From Promethearchaeota archaeon (GTDB lineage: Archaea > Asgardarchaeota > Lokiarchaeia > Sigyniarchaeales > SOKP01), in the NCBI GenBank assembly GCA_016839555.1, contig JAEOUA010000010.1:96001-160000 (forward strand): a DNA stretch of 64,000 nucleotides. The letters are read 5' to 3'. Of the stretch, positions 1 through 10,831 are shown piece after piece (within the stretch, counting starts at the first letter, position 1; the number at the start of each line of letters is the position of its first letter). The notes under the pieces are model-generated. The model was not told the DNA's origin and did not search any database. It saw only the letters and a list, made by a program, of their open reading frames with translations. Made by a program: the position numbers and the translations under genes.

Positions 1-382
1 TGATATATTGAAGGATTATAAGTACTATTAATGCTATACTGACAATTAAAGCAACAATAATAATTTTAGAGTCTTCGTGTAATGCAAATTGCATAGCTCC
101 TAATGCTATTATCGCAACTGCTAGTCCTGTTATTATGAATCCTATAATTATGGGGATCAAGGCTTGACTAGATAAACCAGTAAGACCTCCTAATCTAGAA
201 AATCCCAAAAATTGCCCATACCAGTAATCCCCAGTCATTTGACCCGTACAAGTTATCCATATTTCCATGCTGGTAAAAGAAAAGCTACCACTAATAATTT
301 TAGTTACATTTAAGTATGTACCAACAAGAGCTAATATGCCTCCAATAATAGGGATAAGAGCTAATAATTTTTTAGTTTCCAT
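1..382 (-). CDS. Multi-pass membrane protein, 3' end outside window (METKKLLALIPIIGGILALVGTYL...)
   Basis: Read by hand: ATG at 382 preceded by GGTGA; open hydrophobic frame to the window edge; not in the ORF track; similar architecture to 656-1210 and 3304-3948. Confidence 0.75.
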   Translation of the reverse strand, partial: METKKLLALIPIIGGILALVGTYLNVTKIISGSFSFTSMEIWITCTGQMTGDYWYGQFLGFSRLGGLTGLSSQALIPIIIGFIITGLAVAIIALGAMQFALHEDSKIIIVALIVSIALIVLIILQYI

Positions 383-655
383 TTTATTTCACCATTTTGT
401 TTAAAAATATTGTGATTTATTATAATTTTTTGTTTATATATAAATATTGCTATTGTATGGAATGAAAAAGATACTCAATCTTATTGCCTTGATAATAATT
501 TTTAAAGAATTATATTTGGTTTTCAATATCCAATAGAATTTTATAATATAGGTCACCAAAGCCTTATTTTTATTCAATATAAGTAATTTTAAAGTAAGAA
601 AAACTGGTATGGAAATTAAAAGAAAAAATAGTGTTAGAATTAAAAATGATATTTT

Positions 656-1210
656 TTATTTTTTCAATATAAAAATAGCATAAATTGAACTTAATACTAA
701 AGCAATTCCAGGAAATAATAAGAAATAGAAGCCCACATGTGGTACAAATTTTATAGTTATAAAATAACTTGTAATTCCAAAAATATCAGTTGTATAAATA
801 TCTAAAACACTCTGGATTAATATATATTCAGCTATAGATAATATAATTAAAGCTCCACTTGAAATAATAGTTATCAATAAAAGGGAAAGTGATTTTGGAT
901 TTCTTCTTTGTTTGATTCCTAATATTATGATTATTAAAGCAATAACTGCAATTATGTATTCAATAATTACTGGAAAAATTAAAGACCTATATATATCGAT
1001 TTCTTCAAACAGATAAAATGAATTTTTTACATTAACTATGCCTAGTATTTGTAAGGAAATATATATCAATCCAAGCAAAAAATAATAGCCGATTGCCGAT
1101 ATTATTCCTATAAAAGAAGCTTTAGCCATATTCATAGGAATGAATATTGCTATAAGAGTAAATACTCCACCTATAAAGGTTACCATCCAACTTTTTTTAG
1201 AAAAATCCAT
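656..1210 (-). CDS. Hypothetical ~4-TM membrane protein
   Basis: 184 aa; hydrophobic helices; last TM begins GFYFLL. Confidence 0.7.
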   Translation of the reverse strand: MDFSKKSWMVTFIGGVFTLIAIFIPMNMAKASFIGIISAIGYYFLLGLIYISLQILGIVNVKNSFYLFEEIDIYRSLIFPVIIEYIIAVIALIIIILGIKQRRNPKSLSLLLITIISSGALIILSIAEYILIQSVLDIYTTDIFGITSYFITIKFVPHVGFYFLLFPGIALVLSSIYAIFILKK

Positions 1211-1405
1211 TTTAATTTTCCAATTAATTATAAAAGTGCATAATAAATCAAAATAATCTATTAAATATATTTAAATCTTATTTTAAAAAAAGAATAATTT
1301 AAAAATTTTAAACTTAGTACAAAAAGATTTTAAAAAGAGAGTTTTAATATAAAGTTTAATAAGTTATATAGCAAAATTAAGTTGATTTATTAAATATTCA
1401 ATCTT

Positions 1406-2419
1406 TTAGTGGATGTATCCTCTTAATTTCTGAATGTTTATTAAATCATTTAAAATTGCTGCTGCTGCTTCTTTTGCACCTGCACCTCGTCCCATAAGTA
1501 TTATTGGACCAGCATATTTCGTTTGAATCTCTATGACATTTAAAGTCCCATTAATATCTAAAGAAGAATTTTTTTCAATTAAGCGGGGTTCTACTAATAA
1601 AGAGTTATTCTTATAGATAGCTAAATGTTTTATCACATAACCATCTGATTTAGCAAGTTTTATGGCTTGAGGAGTGATATCAGAAATTCCTCTTATTTTT
1701 ACATCTTTAATTGTTAAAGATAAATCAAATAATTCATTTACCAAAATTACTAATTTTCCAGCTGCATCAAAACCTTCAATATCTAAAGTAGGATCGGCTT
1801 CAGCATAGCCCAATTCTTGGGCCTCTTTAAGAGCTAGTGAAAACTCAACTCCTTCAGAGGTCATTCTTGACAAAATATAATTAGAAGTGCCATTGAGAAT
1901 AGATTTAATCCCAATTATTTCATTTGCGATTAAATCATTTTTAATAGCTAGTGCTGGAACGCACGAAGCAACAGTGGCATCATACTTTATGTAGCACTTA
2001 TTTTTTTCTGCAAGTTCATGGAGCTCCCTATATTTAAGATAAAATGGACCTTTATTAGAGGATACAACGTCAAATCCATTATTAAGTGCCTCAATAATAT
2101 GGCTTAAAGCGGGCTCACCAGTATCAGGATTTGTGGGGGTTGTCTCGATACATGTTTCAATATCTAATTTTGATAAATAATTAAGAGCTTTTACATTTTT
2201 TTCCCAATCTTCAAGTTTTCTAAAATTTTCCCCAATATCAAATATTTTTGCAAGATCTAATCCATTATTATTAATTAATGCTCCATCATATTCAAATATT
2301 GCAATAATTCTAAAATTTAATCCAAATTTAGTTTTTAGTATTTCTTGCTTTTTTTGAAGTAATTTTAGAAATTGCGTCCCTACATTTCCTTTACCAATTA
2401 AGCATAAATTTCGTTCCAA
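1406..2419 (-). CDS. hom: Homoserine dehydrogenase
   Basis: GKGNVG Rossmann motif; VVSSNKGP, LNGTSNYIL, AQELGYAEADPTLDIEGFDAAGKL, GRGAG. Confidence 0.95.
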   Translation of the reverse strand: MERNLCLIGKGNVGTQFLKLLQKKQEILKTKFGLNFRIIAIFEYDGALINNNGLDLAKIFDIGENFRKLEDWEKNVKALNYLSKLDIETCIETTPTNPDTGEPALSHIIEALNNGFDVVSSNKGPFYLKYRELHELAEKNKCYIKYDATVASCVPALAIKNDLIANEIIGIKSILNGTSNYILSRMTSEGVEFSLALKEAQELGYAEADPTLDIEGFDAAGKLVILVNELFDLSLTIKDVKIRGISDITPQAIKLAKSDGYVIKHLAIYKNNSLLVEPRLIEKNSSLDINGTLNVIEIQTKYAGPIILMGRGAGAKEAAAAILNDLINIQKLRGYIH

Positions 2420-2515
2420 GGGTTATAACATCTAAAATTTAATTTATAATTTTTATCAATTTCTATAAAGTATAAAATAATGCTTATTTTATTGAACTAA
2501 TCAAAAATAGCTATT

Positions 2516-3046
2516 TCATGAGCGGAGCAATATTAAATTTTTTTCTTTACATATATCGTTTAATTCTTCAAACACTTTCTTTTTGGTTATAGTTTCTGAA
2601 ATATTCAATTTTAACCTAACATTAGAAATTTCATTCATCTCTGTGAAAATAGCGTGTAATTCTGAGACTTTTATTCCCTTTGATGCTAACCGATCAATAG
2701 TATCAACAACATCAGTATCGAATACATGCCCTGATAAAATAACCATTATCTGCTGTCTTTCCGCCCCAAGGATTATATTGTCAATTTGAATTCTTTTTTC
2801 TTGGAGTTCCTTTTTAATATTTCTTAAGCTAGCTTCATGTAATCCTTCAGGGAGTTCAAATGAAACACTCACAGGTATCATATCATCGGTTTTTTTATCA
2901 TGATGATGTAACACGGCGAATATATTCCCACCATTATTAGATATAGGCTTAATTAATTCTATCAAACTCCCGGGAGTATCAGGAATTCTCACCATAAGTG
3001 AGATCATTTCTTTTAGGAGTTTATTGTTCGGATATTGATTTTGCAT
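2516..3046 (-). CDS. ACT-domain amino-acid-binding protein (typical hom neighbour in archaea)
   Basis: PDTPGSLIELIKPISNNGGNIFAVLH and ILSGHVFDTDVVDTIDRL; directly upstream of hom. Confidence 0.85.
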   Translation of the reverse strand: MQNQYPNNKLLKEMISLMVRIPDTPGSLIELIKPISNNGGNIFAVLHHHDKKTDDMIPVSVSFELPEGLHEASLRNIKKELQEKRIQIDNIILGAERQQIMVILSGHVFDTDVVDTIDRLASKGIKVSELHAIFTEMNEISNVRLKLNISETITKKKVFEELNDICKEKNLILLRS

Positions 3047-3303
3047 GAAGATTATATAATTAATTTGTTAGACTAATTTTATTATGATTTATTAATATAA
3101 TATTTGCTAAAATTTAATTTATTTCTTAAAAGAACAAAAAAATCCAAGGTTCAATTCTCATTCGAAGAATGAATCAATATTTAAAGATATAATTCTGAGA
3201 AAAAAACCGATCTTTTACAATAATTATTGATTTTATAGATAAGAATAATAAAAAAAAGAATAATTTTATTAATTTTAGATAGTATTTCTCTTATTTCTAC
3301 TTA

Positions 3304-3948
3304 TCAGTCTTTTTTAATGAGAGATAATAGAGATATGATCGTTATTATACTTCCAGATATTAAAATTATATAGAACCCAAGGGTAACTTCAGCACTGATC
3401 TCCATAAATAGAATGATAATCGGAATAGAAGAGAATAAATCCCACGGAAATAGCCAATCTATAAAAAAACCTCCGATTAAATAAAAAAGTTTTACTGTTT
3501 CAAGGATTTCATTTTTGAATGTATAATATTCTATAATAGGTAAAAGTATTAGTGCAACTCCAAAAATTAATGTTAACACTACTATTATAACAGATATTCT
3601 GTCCGTTACTTCTAAAATTCCTATTAATACTACAGCTACTCCTAAAATGAGAATTAATATTGAAAATACTGAATGAGTTGATGATAAAGCAATATTAGTA
3701 AAGATGTTAGAAAATAGTTCATTGAGTATGAAATCATAGAGGAGATAATTTAATAATATATCAGGAGGATAGAAATCCCATAAAGTACACTTGAGTTCAC
3801 CAAATAACGGTATATATTCCACATTTATACCTGCGAGAAGAAAACTGATTGTTCCTTTTGAAATGGTTAGGAAAGAGCCTATTACCGCAACAGCACCTAA
3901 AATTATCATAAAAACTCCTATAAATCGAGCATATTTTTTTAATGTCAT
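3304..3948 (-). CDS. Hypothetical ~4-TM membrane protein
   Basis: 214 aa, hydrophobic; last TM begins GFYIIL. Confidence 0.7.
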   Translation of the reverse strand: MTLKKYARFIGVFMIILGAVAVIGSFLTISKGTISFLLAGINVEYIPLFGELKCTLWDFYPPDILLNYLLYDFILNELFSNIFTNIALSSTHSVFSILILILGVAVVLIGILEVTDRISVIIVVLTLIFGVALILLPIIEYYTFKNEILETVKLFYLIGGFFIDWLFPWDLFSSIPIIILFMEISAEVTLGFYIILISGSIITIISLLSLIKKD

Positions 3949-4135
3949 TTTTTTTAACGCTCCTATTATATCTTAAAGATGTATAAAATTTAACTAGTAT
4001 TTTATTTAAAGTTTATTCTTGAATAAATTAATAGTAATAATATCTTTTATTTCGAAAAATTTCTAAATACTCAATATTTTAGAATTAATACTAATACAAA
4101 TTATAGAAATAGTAAAATCTAATTTTTAATAAATT

Positions 4136-4480
4136 TTATTGAAATAAACCTTCAGGAGGTATACGCTCTCCGCACTCTGGGCAGAAAGTCAGATTTTTTG
4201 GGATTTTCTTATGACATTTTGGACATTGTATTTTATCGGAGGGTAATCCCTCAACTTCTTCATAAGATACAGCTTCAGCAGAATCAGAAGTTCCCGTTCC
4301 TGATATTTTTTGTGGTTTATATTTAATTATTAAGAGTGCCAAAATCGAAAGAAGAACAATGGGAATTGAAATCAAAATTGCAATATAAGGAATACCTAAT
4401 AACGTTAATAGAATTAGTAGAAGTATAATTATCATTAATGAGAATCCAATAATCAAACCTGAAACTTTTTTTTTATTCAC
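4136..4480 (-). CDS. Membrane-anchored zinc-ribbon protein
   Basis: Two N-terminal TM helices; C-terminal CPKC...FCPECG. Confidence 0.8.
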   Translation of the reverse strand: MNKKKVSGLIIGFSLMIIILLLILLTLLGIPYIAILISIPIVLLSILALLIIKYKPQKISGTGTSDSAEAVSYEEVEGLPSDKIQCPKCHKKIPKNLTFCPECGERIPPEGLFQ

Positions 4481-4501
4481 TATGTTAATTCACGCATTTA
4501 T

Positions 4502-5461
4502 TTAAAATTTCATGACATCAACAGAATCTATACCATCATTTAATCTCAAAAGATTTTTTTCATTTATAATTTTTCCTATAACATTTGCTGTCAATCCATG
4601 GTCTTTGAAAATGTTAATAATAGGTTCACAATTATGATCTGGAGCAGTTACTATAAAGGAGGTAGTTAAATACATCTTGGAATATGTTATTAAATCATAA
4701 TCGGCTTCATTTAAGATGGGTGGGATATGTATTTTATTAATATTAATAGTTGCTCCCACCTTAGAATATTTAATTAATTGAAAGATAGAACCAAAGATTC
4801 CACCATTAGAAATATCCTTGGAGGACGTAGCAATCTTTTTCTCTGCAATGACATTCATAGCTTTTCTTCTTCTCAGTACTTCTTCTGAACTTTTAAAAGT
4901 TGTGGTATCAAAAAAATATTTGCTTGCTTTACCTATTCTTCCATTAAAATCTACAGCTAAAATAATATTATCATTAATTTGAGCTCCTCCTGCCGAAATA
5001 TAATGATTTTTACTAATCTCACCGATCATCGTAGAACTTAACTCGTAACATGTACCATTAGTATTCGTATGCCCTCTTATTATCGGTACCTTAAATTTAT
5101 TTGATCCATAACAAATACCTTTTAATATCTGATTTCCTATCTTCTTTTTCTTGAAAGAAAGTATAATACTCGCTCCAAGAGGTTTACCTCCACAAGCATA
5201 GATATCATCAACACTAACAAGAATACTACTGAATCCCGCACCGAAAGGATAATTTTCCACAAAAAAAGTAATTATTCTATCTGTTGTTATTAAAATATAT
5301 TTATCTCCATCCCGAACAGCAGCAGAATCTTCTCCCATGTCGGAAAAAATTCTTTCTGTTTTAAAACTATTTTCTTTTATAAATTGAATTATAGGACTTA
5401 TTTCCTTTTTTTGAATTACATTCTCATTATTTCGAATAGATTCTGCTAACCTTTTCAACAT
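4502..5461 (-). CDS. AIR synthase/PurM-superfamily protein (ThiL/methanogenesis marker 2-like)
   Basis: GEDSAAV, VDDIYACGGKP, IIRGHT, KDISNGG motifs. Confidence 0.8.
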   Translation of the reverse strand: MLKRLAESIRNNENVIQKKEISPIIQFIKENSFKTERIFSDMGEDSAAVRDGDKYILITTDRIITFFVENYPFGAGFSSILVSVDDIYACGGKPLGASIILSFKKKKIGNQILKGICYGSNKFKVPIIRGHTNTNGTCYELSSTMIGEISKNHYISAGGAQINDNIILAVDFNGRIGKASKYFFDTTTFKSSEEVLRRRKAMNVIAEKKIATSSKDISNGGIFGSIFQLIKYSKVGATININKIHIPPILNEADYDLITYSKMYLTTSFIVTAPDHNCEPIINIFKDHGLTANVIGKIINEKNLLRLNDGIDSVDVMKF

Positions 5462-5621
5462 ATAATATTATAAGAAAGTTTTATTATTATAAGAATGTTT
5501 TATTTTCATAATAACCTTCTTACAAAATTTTAATCTGAAATAAATATTTAATAGACTCAATAAATAATCATCCTAATAATATATTCATTAAAATTAAGAT
5601 TAATAAAAATTTCTCAAAGCT

Positions 5622-7091
5622 ATGGAAAAATTATTTGAAACTTCAATTATTAAGGGGTTTGTTTTGTCCTACTCGCATACAGAAAAAGGACCAGAATTAA
5701 TATACACGTTTCCTTATTACAAAAAACAAGAAGCTAAGAGTAATGAAGATAGTAATATAAATGAAAGAAATGAAATAATCCTTACTCAGCAAGAGTTTAT
5801 GAAGATCACGATTAAAAATTTATCACTAGTCCTCACTGATGAAATTATTTCCTCTGAAGGTGAAGAAAAACCACAATATTTTTGCATTATTCCGTTTCCA
5901 GATTTCTTTCTTACGGCAATAACTTATTATCATTATATTAATGGAAATGTAATCGCTTTTTCCGTGCTTGTTCATGAGAATGATAGAAATTTTTTGTATA
6001 AAAATCATAATGGGATTAAGAAAATTATAATTGAGTTTTTTAAGAAATTTGATAAAATTCTGGCACAGAATTTTATATCACAAGAAGAAGCACACCCCTA
6101 TTTTGAAAACCTTTTGATACAATTAAAAGAATTAGAAAATCAGAAATTAGATCCAGCAATAGCCGATAGAAAAATGAAAATAATATTAGCTGGATTAGAC
6201 GATTCCGGAAAAACTAGCTTTCTTTTAACCGTTGATCGCAAATTTTCAAAATTAATGAATATAAAACCTACAGCTGGGGCTAAAGTACAATCTATCCAAG
6301 CTTTAGGGGCGACACTCTTTATCTGGGATCTTGGAGGTCAGAGAAAATACCTAGCTAAATATTTAACTAAATCAAGTATTTATTTATATGAATCTGATTT
6401 AATCTTTTATTTTATTGATATTAAAAATAGAGAAAGGTTTGATGAAAGCCTTGATTATTTAAGGAGAATTCATAAAATACTGTATAAAGAGTTAAACCAA
6501 GACACTCCTATAGTCTATATTTTTTCTAAAGGAGATATTGATATAATAGACACAAGGGAAATAAAACAAAATATTAAATATCTCAAATTCAAGATCAAAG
6601 ATATTATAAATAAAAAAAAATTTAGAACTCATGTCACCAGTATCTTCGAAATTACAACTGTTCTACGAGCTTTTTCTGAAGGAATAAAGAAATTAAGTTT
6701 TAACCGAAAATTGATAAATTATAACTTAAAAAAATTCTCGAGAAAAATAAATGCCTATATTACTTTACTTTTGAGTAATGATGGATTAATTCTATCAAAT
6801 TATTATTCTACGCAAATAAAACCAAAAGAAATAATACAAGATGTACTAGAAATTACGGCTCCTCAATTCACTATTATATATAAAATATTTTATAAATTTA
6901 AAGCCCTTAATAAAGAACAGGCGATATTTGAAGTAGCAAATTCAATATTTCTTATCAAAAGAACTAAGATTTTAGGACAAGATATTTTTATATTATTCGT
7001 CCTTAACAATTTAAACAAACAAAATAAAATAAATATATTATTACCTGAGTTTTTAGATCGGATTAAAAGTTTACTTACCACATATATATAA
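5622..7091 (+). CDS. Arf/Rag-like small GTPase with N-terminal longin/uDENN-like and C-terminal roadblock-like domains
   Basis: G1 GLDDSGKTS, G2 KPT, G3 WDLGGQ, G4 SKGD, G5 TSI; C-terminal LLLSNDGLIL; N-terminal FVLSYSHTEKGPELIYTFP. Flanking domains are inferred. Confidence 0.8.
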   Translation: MEKLFETSIIKGFVLSYSHTEKGPELIYTFPYYKKQEAKSNEDSNINERNEIILTQQEFMKITIKNLSLVLTDEIISSEGEEKPQYFCIIPFPDFFLTAITYYHYINGNVIAFSVLVHENDRNFLYKNHNGIKKIIIEFFKKFDKILAQNFISQEEAHPYFENLLIQLKELENQKLDPAIADRKMKIILAGLDDSGKTSFLLTVDRKFSKLMNIKPTAGAKVQSIQALGATLFIWDLGGQRKYLAKYLTKSSIYLYESDLIFYFIDIKNRERFDESLDYLRRIHKILYKELNQDTPIVYIFSKGDIDIIDTREIKQNIKYLKFKIKDIINKKKFRTHVTSIFEITTVLRAFSEGIKKLSFNRKLINYNLKKFSRKINAYITLLLSNDGLILSNYYSTQIKPKEIIQDVLEITAPQFTIIYKIFYKFKALNKEQAIFEVANSIFLIKRTKILGQDIFILFVLNNLNKQNKINILLPEFLDRIKSLLTTYI

Positions 7092-7127
7092 TATTAAAAT
7101 AGTCTTTTCCTTAAAAAAATTCAAAAT

Positions 7128-8033
7128 TTAAAATATCTTCTTTAAAGGATTCCTATCCGATAATTTTTTTCTTAAAACTCTTTTTCTATAATACGACTTC
7201 ATTCCAGAGATTAATGCTAGCGAAGGAATGACGCATTGAGCAAATTTAATAGGACCAAAAAGAACAAAATCACCTCCAGCATCAATACAATTTACCATAA
7301 TTGATGAAATGGCGCCACAACGTACTTCATCTCCATATTTTTTGATATATTCCCAGCCATATATCGCATTCGAAGGAGCATAACCCGTAGGAAAACCCGT
7401 TTCTCTTTTAATCAATGATGTAGCCTCAGCATTAAAGCTTATCGAGGGAAGATCTAAAACTGCTGTATCTACAATTAAATTATCAATCCCAGCCTTCTTA
7501 GCCTTTGGTATTAATATATCTTTAAGAAATTTTAATTTTTGTTCAGGATATATTGCTTTCATTCCAAATGTTAATAACACTGAATTCTTAATTCCAATCT
7601 GCTTTAGTTTTTCGCAAGACTCTTCGGTAGTATTCTCATCAATACTATTTAAAATAGCTCGATTTAATAAACCAATTTCTTTTAGCCCTTTCAAGGCGGG
7701 AATTCTAATCTCATCATTTAATCCATCTACTAAAAATGGTATATCAACCAAATCCGCTATATATACACATTCTTTTATTAACGCTTCTGGATAAGCACCA
7801 ACAATATCAATTATTGCTTGTATATTATTATCATCTACAATACTCATAAAATCATTTACTTCTTGTTCAACAAGATCTTTGTCAAATTCTCCTGTTTTTT
7901 CATTTTTTAATGCAGGATGTTTTGAATAAAAGACAGAACCAATTGCAGCCGGAGGATACTCTCCGGGTTGTCCTCCAAGCTTAATATTCCCAATTTCTAT
8001 AATTTTTTGCTCTTTTTCAAAAAGAAAGACCAT
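7128..8033 (-). CDS. mtrH: Pterin-binding methyltransferase, MtrH family
   Basis: FEKEQKIIEIGNIKLGGQPGEYP...GSVFYSKH; GYAPSNA; GGDFVLFGPI. Confidence 0.88.
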   Translation of the reverse strand: MVFLFEKEQKIIEIGNIKLGGQPGEYPPAAIGSVFYSKHPALKNEKTGEFDKDLVEQEVNDFMSIVDDNNIQAIIDIVGAYPEALIKECVYIADLVDIPFLVDGLNDEIRIPALKGLKEIGLLNRAILNSIDENTTEESCEKLKQIGIKNSVLLTFGMKAIYPEQKLKFLKDILIPKAKKAGIDNLIVDTAVLDLPSISFNAEATSLIKRETGFPTGYAPSNAIYGWEYIKKYGDEVRCGAISSIMVNCIDAGGDFVLFGPIKFAQCVIPSLALISGMKSYYRKRVLRKKLSDRNPLKKIF

Positions 8034-8178
8034 ATGATAACCATTTTTTAAAAATTTGAGTTATATTATCATTGGAATTATTAAATTTAATCTTAATTAA
8101 TTTACAGATAATAATTAAAGGAATTTTAAACTAAAGATATATTCATTATAATTTAATTTCAAAAAAAAGATAATGTTC

Positions 8179-8856
8179 TTATGATTCTGTTAAGGAGATA
8201 GGCACCTTATCTTTAGGAGGTGCTTTTCCATCTCCATAAATCTGATACATAACGGCCCTTCTAGAGCATTCATAAAAACTCTCATAAATATTCATCTGCT
8301 TATCATAAAGAGCACAAGTATGAAATATCTTAGGATTCCATATAGAAAGATCATGATTGGAATTGTACCATAATTTTTCTTCCTTAAGGACTTTTTTGAA
8401 ATCCTCTGCTTTTATTGTCAAACTTAAATCTTGTTTATTCAACATAACAACTAGGGGAATCTCTTTAATCAGCTTATCATATGCTATTGTTTTTAATTCT
8501 TTTAGAAATTCAATGTTATCTTCAATACATTTTTGCTGAGAATCAACTACAAAAAGAATTCCATCTGTTTGCTCATAAACCCGCTTACGTAATTTTGAAT
8601 AGCTTTTTTGACCAGCAACGGTATATATCAAATAATAAACCTTATTTTGTTTTTTAGATTGAAAAAGTCCTTTATCATACAATAAGGTTGCGCCACTACT
8701 GCTTTCTATTTTTGTTAAATTTTCCGTAGGGACGATATTTTTATTCTCTTCTTTTGTTAATTTATATAAGGTGTCTAATATAGTAGTTTTTCCCGATGCG
8801 TACATTCCAAAATAGAGGATCTTTATGTAGATCTTATCCCCATCGATTTTTACCAT
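8179..8856 (-). CDS. MglA-like small GTPase
   Basis: KILYFGMYASGKTT, TLLYD, YTVAGQ, DGILFVVDS, NKQDL, TCA. Confidence 0.85.
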   Translation of the reverse strand: MVKIDGDKIYIKILYFGMYASGKTTILDTLYKLTKEENKNIVPTENLTKIESSSGATLLYDKGLFQSKKQNKVYYLIYTVAGQKSYSKLRKRVYEQTDGILFVVDSQQKCIEDNIEFLKELKTIAYDKLIKEIPLVVMLNKQDLSLTIKAEDFKKVLKEEKLWYNSNHDLSIWNPKIFHTCALYDKQMNIYESFYECSRRAVMYQIYGDGKAPPKDKVPISLTES

Positions 8857-9129
8857 GAGTGGTTAACCTAATTCATTTTTTATATTATTCGATAAATCTA
8901 TTCTTTTTACATCGGTTTTGTTATATTAATTAAATAAAGGGTCCCTTTTATAAAAATGATTGAAATTTTTTTTTTATTTTGTTAGGTGAATCTTTTAATT
9001 AATATATATTTACCACCATACTTAAAAAATTGTTTATATTATTATAAAAATCTTTTTTGTTTGATTTATAAGAAAATTATTTTAATTATTTAGGTTCTCT
9101 GTTTTTTTTAAAAAAAGTTTATTAAGGGA

Positions 9130-10020
9130 TTATTTATGCAGTTTTAATAAAAATTCGGCAAGCTTCCATTGTTTTCGAATATTATCATAGACATTTTGCT
9201 GGCTTTCTTGTAAATAATTTTTGAAAGTATCCCAATCTTTTTTATTTTCTTCAGATGTCTCTTTTATAATATCATATAGTTGTTCAAATTCATTGACAAA
9301 AATTAGCTCGTCGCTCGTCCTATTTGCATGCTCAGAAAGGAGAAAAATATAATATTTACTAAGTTCTTCGGGATCCATTATACCTGGACCAGCATTTCCA
9401 TCTCCTGCCTTATCTCCTCTTAATAACTGAGTATCAACCATTGTCGGAAGAACTGTATTAAAATTAATATTTTCACGTCGATATTCTAATGCTACAGCTC
9501 TTTGAAATCCAACTACAGCATATTTTGAAGCAGTATACGCTGTGAATCTTGGCATAGCATTAGGATAAGCAGCACTCCCAGTAATAATAAATCTCGCTTT
9601 ATCGTTTTTATCATCTTTTTTCAATAAATCATATGCTGCCTTAAATGTATAAAACACTCCATCCACATTGACATCCATTATGAAAGCAAATTTTTCTGGG
9701 GTAAATTTATGGGTATCATATCTCCCTGATGCGCCAGCGTTAGCAATTACACCATTTAATTCTCCTAGCTCATTATGAAAATAATTAAATAATTCTTCTA
9801 CTTCAGAATAATTTGTGATATCAGCAGTCTTGAGGGAAACTTTAACATCTGGATTAATATTTTTTATTCGTTCTTTTGTTTCCTTTAATTCTTCAAAGGT
9901 TCGTGAAGTTATACCTATATTTGCACCTTCTTTTGCGCAAGCTTTCGCAATTTCTCTCCCAATACCCCTTCCAGAGCCCGTGATCACAATATTTTTATCT
10001 TTTAATAACATTACACTCAC
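9130..10020 (-). CDS. Short-chain dehydrogenase/reductase
   Basis: TGSGRGIG, NAG, YTASK. Confidence 0.92.
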   Translation of the reverse strand: MSVMLLKDKNIVITGSGRGIGREIAKACAKEGANIGITSRTFEELKETKERIKNINPDVKVSLKTADITNYSEVEELFNYFHNELGELNGVIANAGASGRYDTHKFTPEKFAFIMDVNVDGVFYTFKAAYDLLKKDDKNDKARFIITGSAAYPNAMPRFTAYTASKYAVVGFQRAVALEYRRENINFNTVLPTMVDTQLLRGDKAGDGNAGPGIMDPEELSKYYIFLLSEHANRTSDELIFVNEFEQLYDIIKETSEENKKDWDTFKNYLQESQQNVYDNIRKQWKLAEFLLKLHK

Positions 10021-10223
10021 TCTTTCTTTAAATTATAGAAATAGCTCTTATCTTATTTCGTATTAATGTACTTAATTTTTTTATAGTAAATAATATTTAG
10101 ATTTATTTTATAAAACTTTTATAGAAATATATTTTCTTTTTCAAAATCTAATATTTTTTTTGCAATATACTATATTCTCTATTAGAAGAGATTAAATAAA
10201 AAGATTAAGTTAAGAAGAAAATT

Positions 10224-10787
10224 ATGGATAAACCAATTGCTAAAGAAATTGATAAGGACGAGGAATGGAGTTATGACTTTTTAGAAGAATTAACAGAGGA
10301 TGTGAAAGAAAATAGAAATATTATACAATGTATATCTTGCGGGAAATGCGTTGGTGAGTGTCCAGCGTCTAAAATTTCTAATTTTAATATAAGGAAAGTT
10401 ATCCAAAAGGTTTTAAAAGGAAATAGAAGCGTATTAAAAGATTCTGATATTTGGTATTGTTTTTTATGTGAGCAATGTAAACGCGTCTGTCCTAAAGAAG
10501 GAATAAATATTCCATTACTTATAATTAATTTAAGAAATGAGTCCTTTAAAAGAGGTTATGGCCCAAAATATAATGATTTAACTAAATATGTGGAAATGTC
10601 TGAAAGATTCTTAACGAGTGGGGTAGTGGTTGATGAGCCATTAGATGGAGTTCTTTCAGAGGATAGAGTCAGGGAATTAGATAAAATATGCGATTTTGCG
10701 AGGATTAAATACGTCTTTAAAGCAAGTGGTAAGAAATTACCCGAAACAAAAGCTAAACATAAAAAATCTTCAAATAAAAAAAAATAG
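10224..10787 (+). CDS. hdrC: Heterodisulfide reductase subunit C-like 2x[4Fe-4S] protein
   Basis: CISCGKCVGECP and WYCFLCEQCKRVCP; adjacent to hdrB. Confidence 0.85.
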   Translation: MDKPIAKEIDKDEEWSYDFLEELTEDVKENRNIIQCISCGKCVGECPASKISNFNIRKVIQKVLKGNRSVLKDSDIWYCFLCEQCKRVCPKEGINIPLLIINLRNESFKRGYGPKYNDLTKYVEMSERFLTSGVVVDEPLDGVLSEDRVRELDKICDFARIKYVFKASGKKLPETKAKHKKSSNKKK

Positions 10788-10831
10788 AGAGATCAATACA
10801 AATTTAAATATCATAGTATAAAAAATAGAAA

